Source of the DNA: Anaeramoeba ignava BMAN
Lineage: Eukaryota; Protista; Anaeramoebae
DNA length: 64,000 nt
Reading direction: 5' to 3'
NCBI GenBank assembly: GCA_028826165.1
Contig: JAPDFW010000076.1
Span: 310,001-374,000 of the forward strand
Shown here: piece by piece, positions 10,970-23,716 of the stretch
Position numbering within the stretch: position 1 is the first letter of the stretch
Layout: each line of letters starts with the position of its first letter
Notes under the pieces: generated by a model
What the model was told of the DNA's origin: nothing
Database searches by the model: none
The model's input: the letters and a program-made list of their open reading frames with translations, nothing else
Translations under genes and position numbers: made by a program

Positions 10970-13900
10970 TTAAAAATTATTTACAGATTCAACAATATCA
11001 AAAACAATATCACTGAAAGGAATCTTCATTTCATTAATATTTTTATGTAAACTTGGGATTAAGCTGTCATTATCACCATCATCGTCATCATCATCATCAT
11101 CGCTATCATCAAAATCACTATCATTATCATTATCATTATCATTATCATTATCATTATCATTATCATTATCATTATCATTATCATCAAAATCACTATCAAA
11201 ATCTGATTGGGAATTTTGATCATTTTCAATAAGTAAATTTTCATTTTGATTTTCTTTTTGATTTTGATTTTCTTTTTGATTTTGATTTTGATTTTGATTT
11301 TCTTTTTCTTTTTTATTTTCTTTTTGATTTTCTTTTTGATTTTCTTTTTGATTTTGATTTAATTTTGAGTTTGAATTTTGATTTTGATTTAATTTTGAAT
11401 TTTCATTTTCATTATTTAATTTCTTCATTTCTGAAATATATATAGAATTTGTAGCAGGATCATAACCCCTAATATTAATATCATTGAAAGAATTGGTTAA
11501 TTTCAAATTTTGGAACAATTGCAAAACAGGAATATTTTGATTTGGAAACCAAAGAGGATGATTAGTTTTAAAATTGACAATTGCTTTTTCAATTTTTCCA
11601 TCAGAAGGAATATTATTAGTATCTTTTCCAGAACAAGGAGAACCATATTTTGGGTTTCCATGAAGAGTTAAATCAAACAAACCCCAAGAACAAAGATCAC
11701 CAAGAATATTATCAGTTACTGTTAGTTCTTTAAATTTCTTTTGGAATAAAAGTGAACGTTGAGGAAAATGAAAAATAAAGAAGAATGGAGCATAAAAAGC
11801 AGATGAAATTTCAAGAAATAATGAATAAAGTTTGAGTTGAAATAGATTGACTAATTCTTTTCTTGTTTGGGGCATATGCTCCTTATTTCTCCAGTTGTCT
11901 GGTCTGTAATGTGTATGTTTTGATAAAATTCGCATGGCTTTTACTGGTTCATATACTGCTATTTTTTCTGACATGCTTATATGTGTTGATGTGTAAATTA
12001 TTGTTAATATTCCAATAAACCATGCTAAACTTCTATCCCCAAATATTTCCATTTGAAGTAAAAATTCTATGTCAAATATAACACTCATTATTCCAAAAAC
12101 TACCAAGAATGATCCAGATACAAATGAAACAAAGCTTTTGCCAAAATATAATTTTAATTTTAATTTTATAAATTTAATTTTAATTTTATAAATGAATTTT
12201 ATAAATGAATTTTAATTTACTTTAATAAAGGAACAACTTCACCTGGTGGAAATTGTTTTAAATAATCATTTGAAGGTTGATTAGATAATTTTATTCTTTT
12301 ATCAAATATATGAGGAAGTTCATTTGGTTCTCTAAATAACCATTTAGCTTTATAAGACCATTCTCGAGATGAAGCAACAGAAAAATCTGAATGAATCTGT
12401 TTTTATTTTTTTAAATTTAAATTTTTAATTTTTTTCCGATTTTTATTTTTTTGAATTTTTTTACTTCTTCTCCATATTTGAAAAACCAATAAATAACCAT
12501 AAAAAATGCAACAAAAGGTGAAATAACTAAGAACAAAATTCCAATCCAAAAAGATCTTTTTTTCATTCTAAATAATTTTTTTTCAGAAAAATTTCAAAAT
12601 AAATAATTTAATTTTTTAAATTTGATATTAATAAATACTCTTCAATTTTCCAAGTTCCAATAAGATATGTTTTGTTCACATGATTATGTTTATCAAAAAA
12701 AGGACGAAAAACAATTCTTTCTAATAGAAAATCAAATAATTTTGTTTTTGGAAATTTAAAACCGAAAATTTTTTCTTCGTTTATCATTGCCATTTTGTAA
12801 TTATCTCTTCTCATAATTTGAGAAACTATATAGAATTCATCAATAGATTTAGATTTAAAAAAACTTAAATTAGAAAGTTTATGAACAACTTCTGACCAAT
12901 AAATTGTTGATAATTGATCCTTTTTATAAAAAAAAAATGGAATAAGTTAATTGAAATGAATAACAATTCTTTTTTTCATTCTGAATTTAACAAACTTCAG
13001 TAATTTTAAGTGTTTTGTTATAAAATCTTTTCATTTCTTTAAGATGTGGATAAATTTTAAAAATTTCGTAAATTTGAAATATTAAATATATAATTAATCC
13101 AAGAAGAAATATAGCCAAGAACCAAGATAAGCTTTAAATGTTTAAATTAATTTTTAATTATTAATTTTTTTCCGATTTTAATTATAAATTATTTTTAATT
13201 TTTAATTTTAAATTATTTACTGTGCTATTCCTTGCCAAAAAGTTCGAAGTGATGTATGAAATCTTTGATTTTTAAAACGTTCCCAATCAACCATTCCACC
13301 AAGAAAGAAAATTATACAAATCATAAAGAAAAACGTTCTTTTTTTTTTTAAAATGTAAAAAAAAATTATTTTCAATTATTTTTTAAAAAGAAATAATAAA
13401 AACTATACAAGCAATCAATTATTTTTGCTGTTAAAATTCTAAGAAAACCTGTTCCATAAAAATAATTATAAATGTAAAGTGAAGTCAAAGGAAAACAAAT
13501 TTTACATTTTACATTTTATAAATGAATTTTAATTTATATTTTAATTTTAATTTTAATTTGAATTTGAATTTGAATTTTATAAATGAATTTAAATTTTAAT
13601 TTTATAAATGAATTTGAATTTAATTTTAATTTTAATTTTATAAATGAATTTAAATTTTAATTTTATAAATGAATTTTAATTTTAATTTTAATTTTAATTT
13701 TATTTTTAATTTTAATTTTAATTTTATTTTGATTTGAATTTTACATTTTATAAATGAATTTTAATTTATATTTTAATTTTAATTTTAATTTGAATTTTAT
13801 AAATGAATTTTAATTTTAATTTTATAAATGAATTTTTAAAGGATATTCTTTGATAAACATTTGCTTCTTGAAAATGTGAATTTATTTCATGATTCAAATT

Positions 13901-13996
13901 TAAAATTGGCATCAGATAAAGTGTTTCACTTTCATCTTCTGAAGATTCTTCATGATTTAAATTAGGTTCAAATTCAAGTTCAATTTCTTGTGACAT
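10970..13996 (-). CDS. ATG9: Autophagy protein ATG9 (about 730 aa, 8 exons; intron 1 is U12-type AT-AC)
   Basis: Exons 13996-13847, 13473-13409, 13337-13221, 13131-12996, 12919-12639, 12567-12465, 12396-12221, 12134-10970 splice in frame. ATG9 motifs: RIYNYFYGTGF, QIMRRDNYKMAMIN, SREWSYKAKWLFREPNELPHIF, HTHYRPDNW, LGDLCSWGLFD..HGNPKY, DGKIEKAIVNF. Confidence 0.93.
13474..13846 (-). other. U12-type (minor spliceosome) AT-AC intron, 373 nt
   Basis: 5' end AGA|ATATCCTTTAAA; branch sequence TTTTCCTTTGAC with the A at 13485; 3' end TTTAC|ATT. Splicing joins VYQR to IYNYFYGTGF in phase 0. Confidence 0.92.
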
Positions 13997-14203
13997 TGAA
14001 ATAAAAAAAAGAATAAAAAGGAAAAAAAATTGAAAGAAAAAAGAGAAAAATGAAAAAGAAAAAAATGAAAAAAAAATAAAATGTTTTTTTTGTTGTTCTG
14101 ACTTTTAATTTTACTTTTAATTTTAATTTTAATTTTAATTTTAATTTTAATTTTAATTTTTTTTTTTTAATTTTTTTTTTCATTTTTCATTTTTTTTTAT
14201 TTA

Positions 14204-14611
14204 ATGGATGATTTTGAAAATTTACAACAAGAAAATCATTTAGAAAATGAAACAGGAAAAATTCAACAAATGGAACAAGAACTTGATAAAATACTTTCCA
14301 AATTTGAAAATGGAGAATTAAATTGTTTTGGGAAAGAACAATCAAAAATATTTTCAGAAATGGATAAATTTCAACAAGAACACATTCAATTTGCAACAGA
14401 TCATTTAACACTAATTAAAAAAATTGAGTTCGATGAAGATTTTGAACCAGAAAAAGAAGATTTAAAATCAACAACTTTTCAATTTGAAAAAATTTCAAAA
14501 TCTTTTACACAAAAAGAAAAAGTTATTGATAAATTTACAATTAGAATGGAAAAGTTATTTAGAGATTTTGAAAGAATTCATCATATGATTGAATCATCTA
14601 AAAAAGATTAA
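14204..14611 (+). CDS. CCDC28 (DUF4061)-like coiled-coil protein
   Basis: Intronless 135-aa ORF. MEQELDKILSKFENGELNCFGKE...MDKFQQEHIQFATDH resembles the CCDC28 core (LL..F.SG.L.AFG.E...M......L...H). Confidence 0.6.
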   Translation: MDDFENLQQENHLENETGKIQQMEQELDKILSKFENGELNCFGKEQSKIFSEMDKFQQEHIQFATDHLTLIKKIEFDEDFEPEKEDLKSTTFQFEKISKSFTQKEKVIDKFTIRMEKLFRDFERIHHMIESSKKD

Positions 14612-14789
14612 ATTTAATTTAAATTAAAATTAAAATAAAAATTGTTTTTAAATTCAAATTGATTAAAGTTTTTTATTTGAAAAAAAAGAGTCACAAAATT
14701 TTTCAGTTAAAAAAAAAAAACAAGAATAAACAAAATTTAGAAAGAAAAAAAAAACTGAAATAGATAATAATAGTGATTGAAAATGTAAT

Positions 14790-15925
14790 TTTTTTGATAA
14801 AGAATTTGATAAATATTTTAATAAAGAATTTAATAAAGAATTTGATAAAGAATTTAATAAATAATTTTATAAAGAATTTAATAAAGAATTTAATAAAGAA
14901 TTTAATAAAGAATTTGATAAAGAATTTAATAAAGAATTTAATAAAGAATTTAATAAAGAATTTGATAAAGAATTTAATAAAGAATTTGATATATAATTTG
15001 ATAAATAATTTAATAAAGAATTTAATAAATATTTTAATAAAGAATTTAATAAATATTTTAATAAATAATTTTATAAAAGAATTTGATAAAGAATTTGATA
15101 AAGAATTTGATAAAGAATTTGATAAAAGAAATTAATAAAGAATTTAATAAAGAATTTAATAAAGAATTTAATAAAAAGAATTTAATAAAGAATTTAATAA
15201 AGAATTTAATAAAGAATTTAATAAAGAATTTAATAAAGAATTTAATAAAGAATTTAATAAAGAATTTAATAAAGAATTTAATAAAAGAATTTAATAAAGA
15301 ATTTAATAAAGAATTTGATAAAGAATTTAATAAAGAATTTAATAAAGAATTTAATAAAGAATTTGATATATAATTTAATAAAGAATTTAATAAAGAATTT
15401 AATAAATATTTTAATAAAAGAATTTAATAAATATTTTAATAAAGAATTTAATAAATATTTTTAATAAAGAATTTAATAAATATTTTAATAAAGAATTTAA
15501 TAAAGAATTTAATAAAGAATTTGATAAAGAATTTGATAAATAATTTGATAAAGAATTTAATAAAGAATTTAATAAAGAATTTAATAAAGAATTTAATAAA
15601 GAATTTAATAAAGAATTTGATAAAGAATTTAATAAAGAATTTAATAAAGAATTTAATAAAGAATTTGATAAAGAATTTAATAAAGAATTTGATAAAGAAT
15701 TTAATAAAGAATTTAATAAAGAATTTGATAAAGAATTTAATAAAGAATTTAATAAAGAATTTAATAAAGAATTTGATAAATATTTTAATAAAGAATTTAA
15801 TAAAGAATTTGATAAATATTTTAATAAAGAATTTAATAAAGAATTTGATAAAGAATTTGATAAATAATTTGATAAATAATTTGATAAATATTTTAATAAA
15901 TATTTTAATAAAGAATTTGATAAAG
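14790..15925. repeat. 12-bp intergenic satellite (ATAAAGAATTTA / ATAAAGAATTTG)
   Basis: Tandem 12-mers between convergent genes; source of the spurious IKNL/KEFN ORFs. Confidence 0.95.
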
Positions 15926-16026
15926 AATCACTAAAATTATCTTAAAAAAATCAATATAAATTAATAGAAAAATTTTCTTTTCTTTTCAAACAATTTAAAT
16001 CGATTTGTTTCTTTGTTTTTCTAAAA

Positions 16027-19000
16027 TTAAAGAAGAAAATCAAAGGATTCTCTTTTTTCAAGATAATTTTTCCAAAGAGCAAATAAACAAGGAAACCAAA
16101 AACGTTTTTCTTCCAAAGAATTAAACATAAAATAAATTGTTTTTTCTTTTGATTGAATAGAAAAAAACAAATTAAGTTCAAATTTTTTCAATTTTGAAAA
16201 TTTTTTGGAACTTGTATGATCAAGTTCTTCAGAAATGGATTCTATAGAAAACATATCGATTTTTTTGACCTTTTTCTTTAGAAGATTTAAATGCGACCAA
16301 CAAAGTGATTTTCCTTCACTTGAAACCCAGAATTTTTTGGGTTTGAATTTAGCATTTCTTTGAATTTTTTCAAGTGAGATTCCTTTTGAAATGTATCTTT
16401 TCAATTCCAAAAGATATTTGTATTCATCCCACATAATTTCTTCAATAGTCATATTTGTATTTTCATTTGTATTCATTTGCTGAAGAATATTTTCAAATGC
16501 TTCTCGAATTTGAAGAGAAAAAAGTAAGTTTTTGTCAACTAAATACTGAAAGTGTTCGTGAATTTTTTGTGTTTCTTCCTCTGTTAATTGAGGTGGGTCA
16601 ATAGGTGGTTGGGGAATAATTGTTGTATATCGTGCAGGTTTCTTGAATTTATGCGCGTTTTCTTTCATGTCTATTTGTGGAGACTCAGCGACAAAGAGGG
16701 GTTGTATTGTTCTTTTTGCTGCTTTTAAAAATTGTTTTTGTTGATCCATTTTTTGTTCTATTATTGTGATCCATTTTTGTGTTTGTGGTTCGTTTTGAAA
16801 GAGTATAACAAAATCTCCAAAATTGTTTGTTTCTGTTAAAATTCCTGGTGTTTTGTCAAGTAATTGAAAAAATGATATTTTCTTGATATTTGACAATTCT
16901 ATTCTTTTGTCTGGAAATTTTTCCTTTTGATTTCAATTTAATTTATAAATTAATTTATAATTTTATTTATAATTTAATTTATAATTTAATTTTATAATTT
17001 AATTTATAATTTTATTTATAATTTAATTTATAATTTAATTTATAATTTAATTTATAATTTAATTTATTATTTTATTTATAATTTTATTTATAATTTTATT
17101 TATAATTTTATTTATAATTTAATTTATAATTTAATTTATAATTTAATTTATAAATTAATTTATAATTTTATTTATAATTTTATTTATATTTTAATTTATA
17201 ATTTAATTTATAATTTTATTTATAATTTAATTTATAATTTAATTTATTATTTTATTTATAATTTTATTTATAATTTTATTTATAATTTAATTTATAATTT
17301 TATTTATAATTTTATTTATAATTTTATTTATAATTTAATTTATATTTTCAATACCATTTTTTGATTTGGATAAAAATCGAGAAAAAATTGATGTTGTTGT
17401 TGTGTATCTTGGATTAAAACTAAATAAAAATTCTGATTTGAATGTGAATATTGCATTGTGAAAACTTTCATTAATTTAACTCTTCCAACGATTAAAGGTT
17501 CAAGATAAGGATTTGATTTTGCAATTCTTTCTTTTACTTCTCTTAAATTCTTATTTATAATTTTATTTATAATTTTATTTATAATTTTATTTATAATTTA
17601 ATTTATAATTTTATTTATAATTTTATTTATAATTTTATTTATAATTTTATTTATATTTTTATTTATAATTTAATTTATAATTTTATTTATAATTTTATTT
17701 ATAATTTTATTTATAATTTTATTTATAATTTTATTTATAATTTAATTTATATTTTTATTTATAATTTTATTTATAATTTTATTTATAATTTAATTTATAA
17801 TTTTATTTATAATTTTTATTTATAATTTTATTTATAATTTATTTAAAATTTTATTTATAATTTAATTTATAATTTAATTTATATTTTTATTTATAATTTA
17901 TTTTATAATTTAATTTATAATTTAATTTATATTTTAATTTATAATTTTATTTATAATTTTATTTATAATTTAATTTATAATTTTTATTTATAATTTAATT
18001 TATAATTTTATTTATAATTTAATTTATAATTTAATTTATTATTTTTATTTATAATTTAATTTATAATTTATTTTATAATTTAATTATAATTTTATTTATA
18101 ATTTATTTATAATTTAATTTATTATTTTTATTTATAATTTAATTTATAATTTTATTTATAATTTTATTAATAATTTTATTTATAATTTTATTAATAATTT
18201 TTATTTATAATTTTATTTATAATTTTATTTATAATTTTATTTATATTTTTTATTTTTATATTTTTATTTATAATTTTATTTTATAATTTTATTTATAATT
18301 TTATTTATAATTTTTATTTATAATTTTATTTATAATTTTAATTTATAATTTTATTTATAATTTTATTTATAATTTAATTTATAATTTTATTTATAATTTA
18401 TTTATAATTTTATTTATAATTTTATTTATAATTTAATTTATAATTTTATTTATAATTTAATTTATAATTTTATTTATAATTTAATTTATAATTTAATTTA
18501 TTATTTTATTTATTTATAATTTTAATTTATAATTTATTTTATAATTTAATTTATAATTTTATTTATAATTTATTTTATAATTTTATTTATAATTTAATTT
18601 ATATTTTTAATTTATAATTTAATTTATATTTTTATTTATAATTTAATTTATAATTTAATTTATAATTTTATTTATAATTTTATTTATATTTTAATTTATA
18701 ATTTTATTTATAATTTAATTTATAATTTTATTTTATAATTTTATTTATAATTTAATTTATAATTTTATTTATATTTTTAATTTATAATTTAATTTATAAT
18801 TAATTTATTATTTAATTTATAATTTTATTTATAATTTAATTTATAATTTTATTTATAATTTAATTTATAATTTAATTTATATTTTTATTTATAATTTAAT
18901 TTATAATTTAATTTATATTTTTATTTATAATTTAATTTATAATTTAATTTATAATTTTTATTTATAATTTTATTTATATTTTAATTTATAATTTTATTTA

Positions 19001-19775
19001 TAATTTTATTTATAATTTTATTCCAATTTTATTTATAATTTAATTTATAATTTTATTTATAATTTTATTTATAATTTTTATTTATAATTTTATTTATAAT
19101 TTTATTTATAATTTTATTTATAATTTTATTTATAATTTTATTTATAATTTTATTTATAATTTAATTTATAATTTATTTTATATTTTAGTTTATAATTTAA
19201 TTAATAATCTAATTTATATTTTAATTTATAATTTTATTTATAATTTAATTTATAATTTAATTTATAATTTTATTTATAAATTTATTTATAATTTTATTTA
19301 TAATTTAATTTATAATTTAATTTATAATTTATTTTATAATTTTATTTATAATTTAATTTATATTTTAATTTATAATTTATAAAATACAGGAAGCTTTTTG
19401 ATTTTAACAATTTCTTTGATCCATTCATCCATTAAACTTTCAGAATCAAATTTTATAAAAATAGGTGATTTTGATTCATCAGATATAATTGTAATCACAG
19501 AAAATTTTTCATTTGGTTGAAAAGAAATTTCACAAGTTTTCATTTTAATTTCTCCTTTAAGATTTTTATTCTATTTGAAGAAAAAAACTTTTTAAATTGA
19601 TTTTTTTTTTTGACTTTTTTTGCGTTAATAAAAAAAAAACCTTTTTAACAAAATATCTTAAAGTTTGTTTTGTTAAAACAAAATAATGTTTTTTCCAATG
19701 ACTTTGTTTTAAAGAAATTTCATTTTGTTTAATTATTTGTAATTCAAGATAACCTTCAATTAAAATATCTGACAT
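16027..19775 (-). CDS. Protein with three PH-like domains
   Basis: Exons 19775-19641, 19570-19388, 17549-17355, 16923-16027, all phase 0. PH1: IEGYL..WKKHYFVL..LRYF..LKGEI..DEWIKEI. PH2 ends QKWITII. The C-terminal PH is PLC-delta/Num1-like: KGISLEK..FWVS..LCWS..LFFSI..EKRFW. Confidence 0.85.
16935..19380. repeat. 12-bp satellite (TTTATAATTTWA) filling PH-gene introns 2 and 3, interrupted by exon 17355-17549
   Basis: Directly visible; nearly pure A/T. Confidence 0.95.
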
Positions 19776-20194
19776 TTATTTAATTGAATAAAGAAAAAGA
19801 AAAATGAAAAAAATGGAAAAAATGAAAATTAAAATTTTTGGAAAAACATTTTTAATTAGATTTTTATTTGAATTTAATTAGATTTAATTAGATTTTTATT
19901 TGAAATTTTATTTGAATTTTTAATTAAATTTTTATTTAGAATCAATAATCCAAATCAAATTTGTAAAAAAAAAAAATTTTTTTCTTATTGAATTGAAATG
20001 GAAAAGAAATCAAAAAAATACAACAAAAAAGTAAAAAGAAAAACAAAGATTTTTTTTGTTTGAAATGATCTAAAAGAAATTGAATGAGTAATTTCTAAAT
20101 GATTTGTAAATTATATTTAATTAAAAAAGAAAAAAAAAAAAGAGGGAAAAAAAATTTTTTTCTCCTTTCTTTGAATTTTCTTTTTTAGATTAAA

Positions 20195-21418
20195 TTACAA
20201 ATTGATTGAAGGTTGTGGATTTTTTGGTTTTTCAAAAGTTATTTTGCCATGTTGATGAGAAGTAATATTAATCATTTTCATTGTGCGACTAAAAAAACCA
20301 ACAATTCCTCTTCTTGTATTACGCCAATGTTTTGTTTTTACAATTTTAGAATTACCACGTGGCGCTTTACTTTTTTTTTCACCTTTTTTGCCTTGGATTT
20401 GAAGTAAAATTTTAATAACATCGTTATGGATTTCAACGTGATCTGGAACAATCCCTTTTTTCACAAACATTTTGTATGTTTTGCTTTCCCATCCATTGAA
20501 TAAAGAGGGGTGATGTTTGGCTAGTTTGTCGAGTCTTTCACCAATTTTTGTAACTGGTTTGCGAAGAAATTCTTCTAATTCTTGAAGATCATTTGAGTTT
20601 GGATTTTGATTTGGATTTGTTTTTGATTTGTTTGATTTTTGCTTTTTGTTTTTTCTTTTTTTTCTTGATGGTTTGCTTGGCAAACTAGGATTGACGGTTA
20701 ATTTTTTTTGATTATTTGATTTATTTGGATTATTTGATTTATTTGGATTATTTGGATTATTTGGATTATTTGGATTATTTAGATTATTTTGATTTATTTG
20801 ATTTATTTGATTTAATTCATCAAATTGATTTATTTGATTCAATTCATTCAATTCATTAAATTGATTAAATTGATTTATTTGATTTATTTGATTTAATTGA
20901 TTAAATTCACTAAATTGATTTAATTCATCAAATTGATTTAATTGATTTAATTGATTTAATTGATTTAATAAACTAAATTCATTCATTTCATCATATTCCA
21001 TTTCACCGATCTCATAGTCCTCAAATTTTTCACCATCTCCATCTTCTTCTCTGTCGTTTTTCTCAACACTCATCCATCTAGAACTTCGTGTTTTCTCATT
21101 TCTCTTTTCATAACTATCATTTTGCAAATATCTTTGACAGCTACGCATTTCCTTTTTGTTTTGACAACCAAAATTTTCAAAATATTGATGACAGCTAGTT
21201 TGTCCATTTTGGATTTGACAGCTATCCAAGTTTTGTTTCATTTGAAAAGCAGTTTCATTTGGATCTTTTTCATGGGCAATAGTTCGAATTTGTGGTGTTT
21301 CCAAGTCACGATAAAAAAGATGAACTTGTTCTTGATATCCACGTGGTTCAAGTTCTTCAGCAAATAGTAATTCTGGGTGTAAAATGATATGATCTTTTTG
21401 GCAAAGTGGGTTAATCAT
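20195..21418 (-). CDS. Hypothetical protein with an N/Q-rich linker, a basic NLS-like stretch and a C-terminal basic globular domain
   Basis: Intronless 407-aa ORF with higher GC and natural composition; RKKRKNKKQK precedes a domain of about 120 aa. No family recognised. Confidence 0.75.
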   Translation of the reverse strand: MINPLCQKDHIILHPELLFAEELEPRGYQEQVHLFYRDLETPQIRTIAHEKDPNETAFQMKQNLDSCQIQNGQTSCHQYFENFGCQNKKEMRSCQRYLQNDSYEKRNEKTRSSRWMSVEKNDREEDGDGEKFEDYEIGEMEYDEMNEFSLLNQLNQLNQLNQFDELNQFSEFNQLNQINQINQFNQFNELNELNQINQFDELNQINQINQNNLNNPNNPNNPNNPNKSNNPNKSNNQKKLTVNPSLPSKPSRKKRKNKKQKSNKSKTNPNQNPNSNDLQELEEFLRKPVTKIGERLDKLAKHHPSLFNGWESKTYKMFVKKGIVPDHVEIHNDVIKILLQIQGKKGEKKSKAPRGNSKIVKTKHWRNTRRGIVGFFSRTMKMINITSHQHGKITFEKPKNPQPSINL

Positions 21419-23716
21419 GTTTTGGATCGCTAATTTAAGTATTAATTTAGATTATTTTTTTTTTTAAGATTAAATTAATTTATGATTATTTTTTAATTTT
21501 TATTTTTTTTTGATGATCGAGAAAAAAAAATGAATTTGAAAAAAAATTGTAAAAAAAAATGTGAGTTAGTCAATAATAATAATTTTTAATTCGATTTATT
21601 TTGATTTGATTATTTTTAGGTTTTTTTATTTAAAAAAATTTTTTTTTTTTTTGAATTGAAAATTTAATTTAAAAAAATTTTTTTTAAATAAAGATATTTA
21701 AAAATAAAAGCAAAAAAAAAAAATAAGTAAATTTTTATAAAATTGTAAAATAATTAAAAAAAATAATAAAATAAAAAGGATTTAATAAAGAATTTGTTTT
21801 CAAAATTAAATTAATAAATATTTACTTTTTTAAAAAAGAAAAATTTTAACAGTAAAAAATAGAAAAAAAAACAACAACAAAAAAAAACAAAATTTGGAAA
21901 GGAAAGAAAAGAAAGAGAGAAATGAGAAAATAAAAATAAAAAAATTTTTTAAAATAAAAAAAAAAAACAAAAATAAAAATAAAAAAAATTAAATAAAATT
22001 AACAGATTTTGTGACAAATTGAATTGAAATGAATTGAAATCAAATTAAATTTTGAATTAAACTTTAATTTAAAAAAGAAAAAAAAAAAAGATCAAACAAA
22101 ACAAAAAAGAAAGAAAAAAAAAATTTTTTTGTTCTGTTTTTTCTTTTTAATAAAGAAATCATTCATTTGGAATCAAATTTGTTACAATATCGATCAATTA
22201 AATTATTTATTTTATCTTTTTATTTTATATTTTATTAATTAAAATCGTTTAAAATGAGTTGGAAAAGTCAAAAAAAATTTTTTTTTTATTTTAATTAATT
22301 TTAAATTAAAAAAATTAAAAAAAAAAAAAAATTTTTAAATTAATTAAATTTTTGGATAATGATTTCTTTTAATAAAAAAAATTAAATTAAATTAATAAAA
22401 TAAATAAGTTTTTAAATAGAAGTTGAAATTTTTTAATTGATATTCTTAATTTAATAGTTAAAAATTAAAAGTAAGTAAATAAATTAATTAATTTTTAAAT
22501 AAAAGATCAATATAATAAGAGTCTATCTTTATTAATAAACTATAGATTCTCAGTTTAAAAATTGATCAAAATTATTAATTAAATTAAAAATTTTTTGCCT
22601 GTTTTCTCTCTTTTTTTTTTTATTTAAATTCTTTATTAAATTTAATTAAACATAATTTGGAAAAGGGGTCTTTTAATAATTAATCTGTTTTAAAATTGTT
22701 TCTAAATTTATTTTTAAAACTGTTTTTATTAAATTTGTTTTTCTTTTTTTTTTTTTTACTATATTTTTTTAAGTCAAATTACTTATTTATTAATTTGGAA
22801 TAAAAAAAAGCAAAAAATTATTTTTATTCCTTTTAAATAAAATAAGGTTATTTTAATGGAAACTTTTTATTAAATTAATTTAATTTTAAACTTATTTAGA
22901 AGAATCAATTACTGATCGCCATTTATTTTTATTTTCCTTTTTTTTAAATAAGAAACAATTTATTTTTAATTTTAAAAATGCGATCGGTTAATATTTTAGT
23001 ATTTATTTTTTAATTTTCGCCTTGAAAAATTTTAAATTTAAATTAAAAATAAAAATTTATAATTAATTTATAAAGATTTATTCTTCATAATTTATTTAAT
23101 TACAATTACAATTTTATTTATAAAAAAAATTTTTTTCTTTTTGTTTTCTTTTTTTGTTTTCTTTTTGGAAAATAAAATTGTCCAAATATAATCTTTTAGA
23201 TTAAAATTATCCCCCTCTTTTCTTTTGTAAAATTTAAATTTAAAAATATCTTTTTTTTTAATACCTTTTCTATTAAAAATAAGTATTAATTTTTATTTAA
23301 AATTTTTCAAAGTTTTTATTTTATTGTTTATCTTAATATTTTACTTTAAAATTTTTCAATAAAAAAAAAAAATTTTTTTGATCAATTTTTTTATTTGTTT
23401 ATTTATAAAATTAAAATTAAAATTAAATTTAAAATTAAAATTAAAATTAAAATTAAATTTAAAATTAAAATTAAAATTAAAATTAAATTTAAAATTAAAA
23501 TTAAAATTAAAATTTTTTTCTTTTTTTAAAAAGGAAGATCCTTTCCAAAAAGATAAAGAAGGAAAAAAAAGAAACGTTTCAAGATCTTTAAATAAAAAAA
23601 AAAAATTTAAAATTAAAAAAGAGAATTAAAAAAGAATTCATTTGAAAGAAAGAAAGAAAGAAAGAAAGAAAGAAAAAGGAAAATCAAACAATTAAAAAAA
23701 AGAAAAGAAAATAAAA

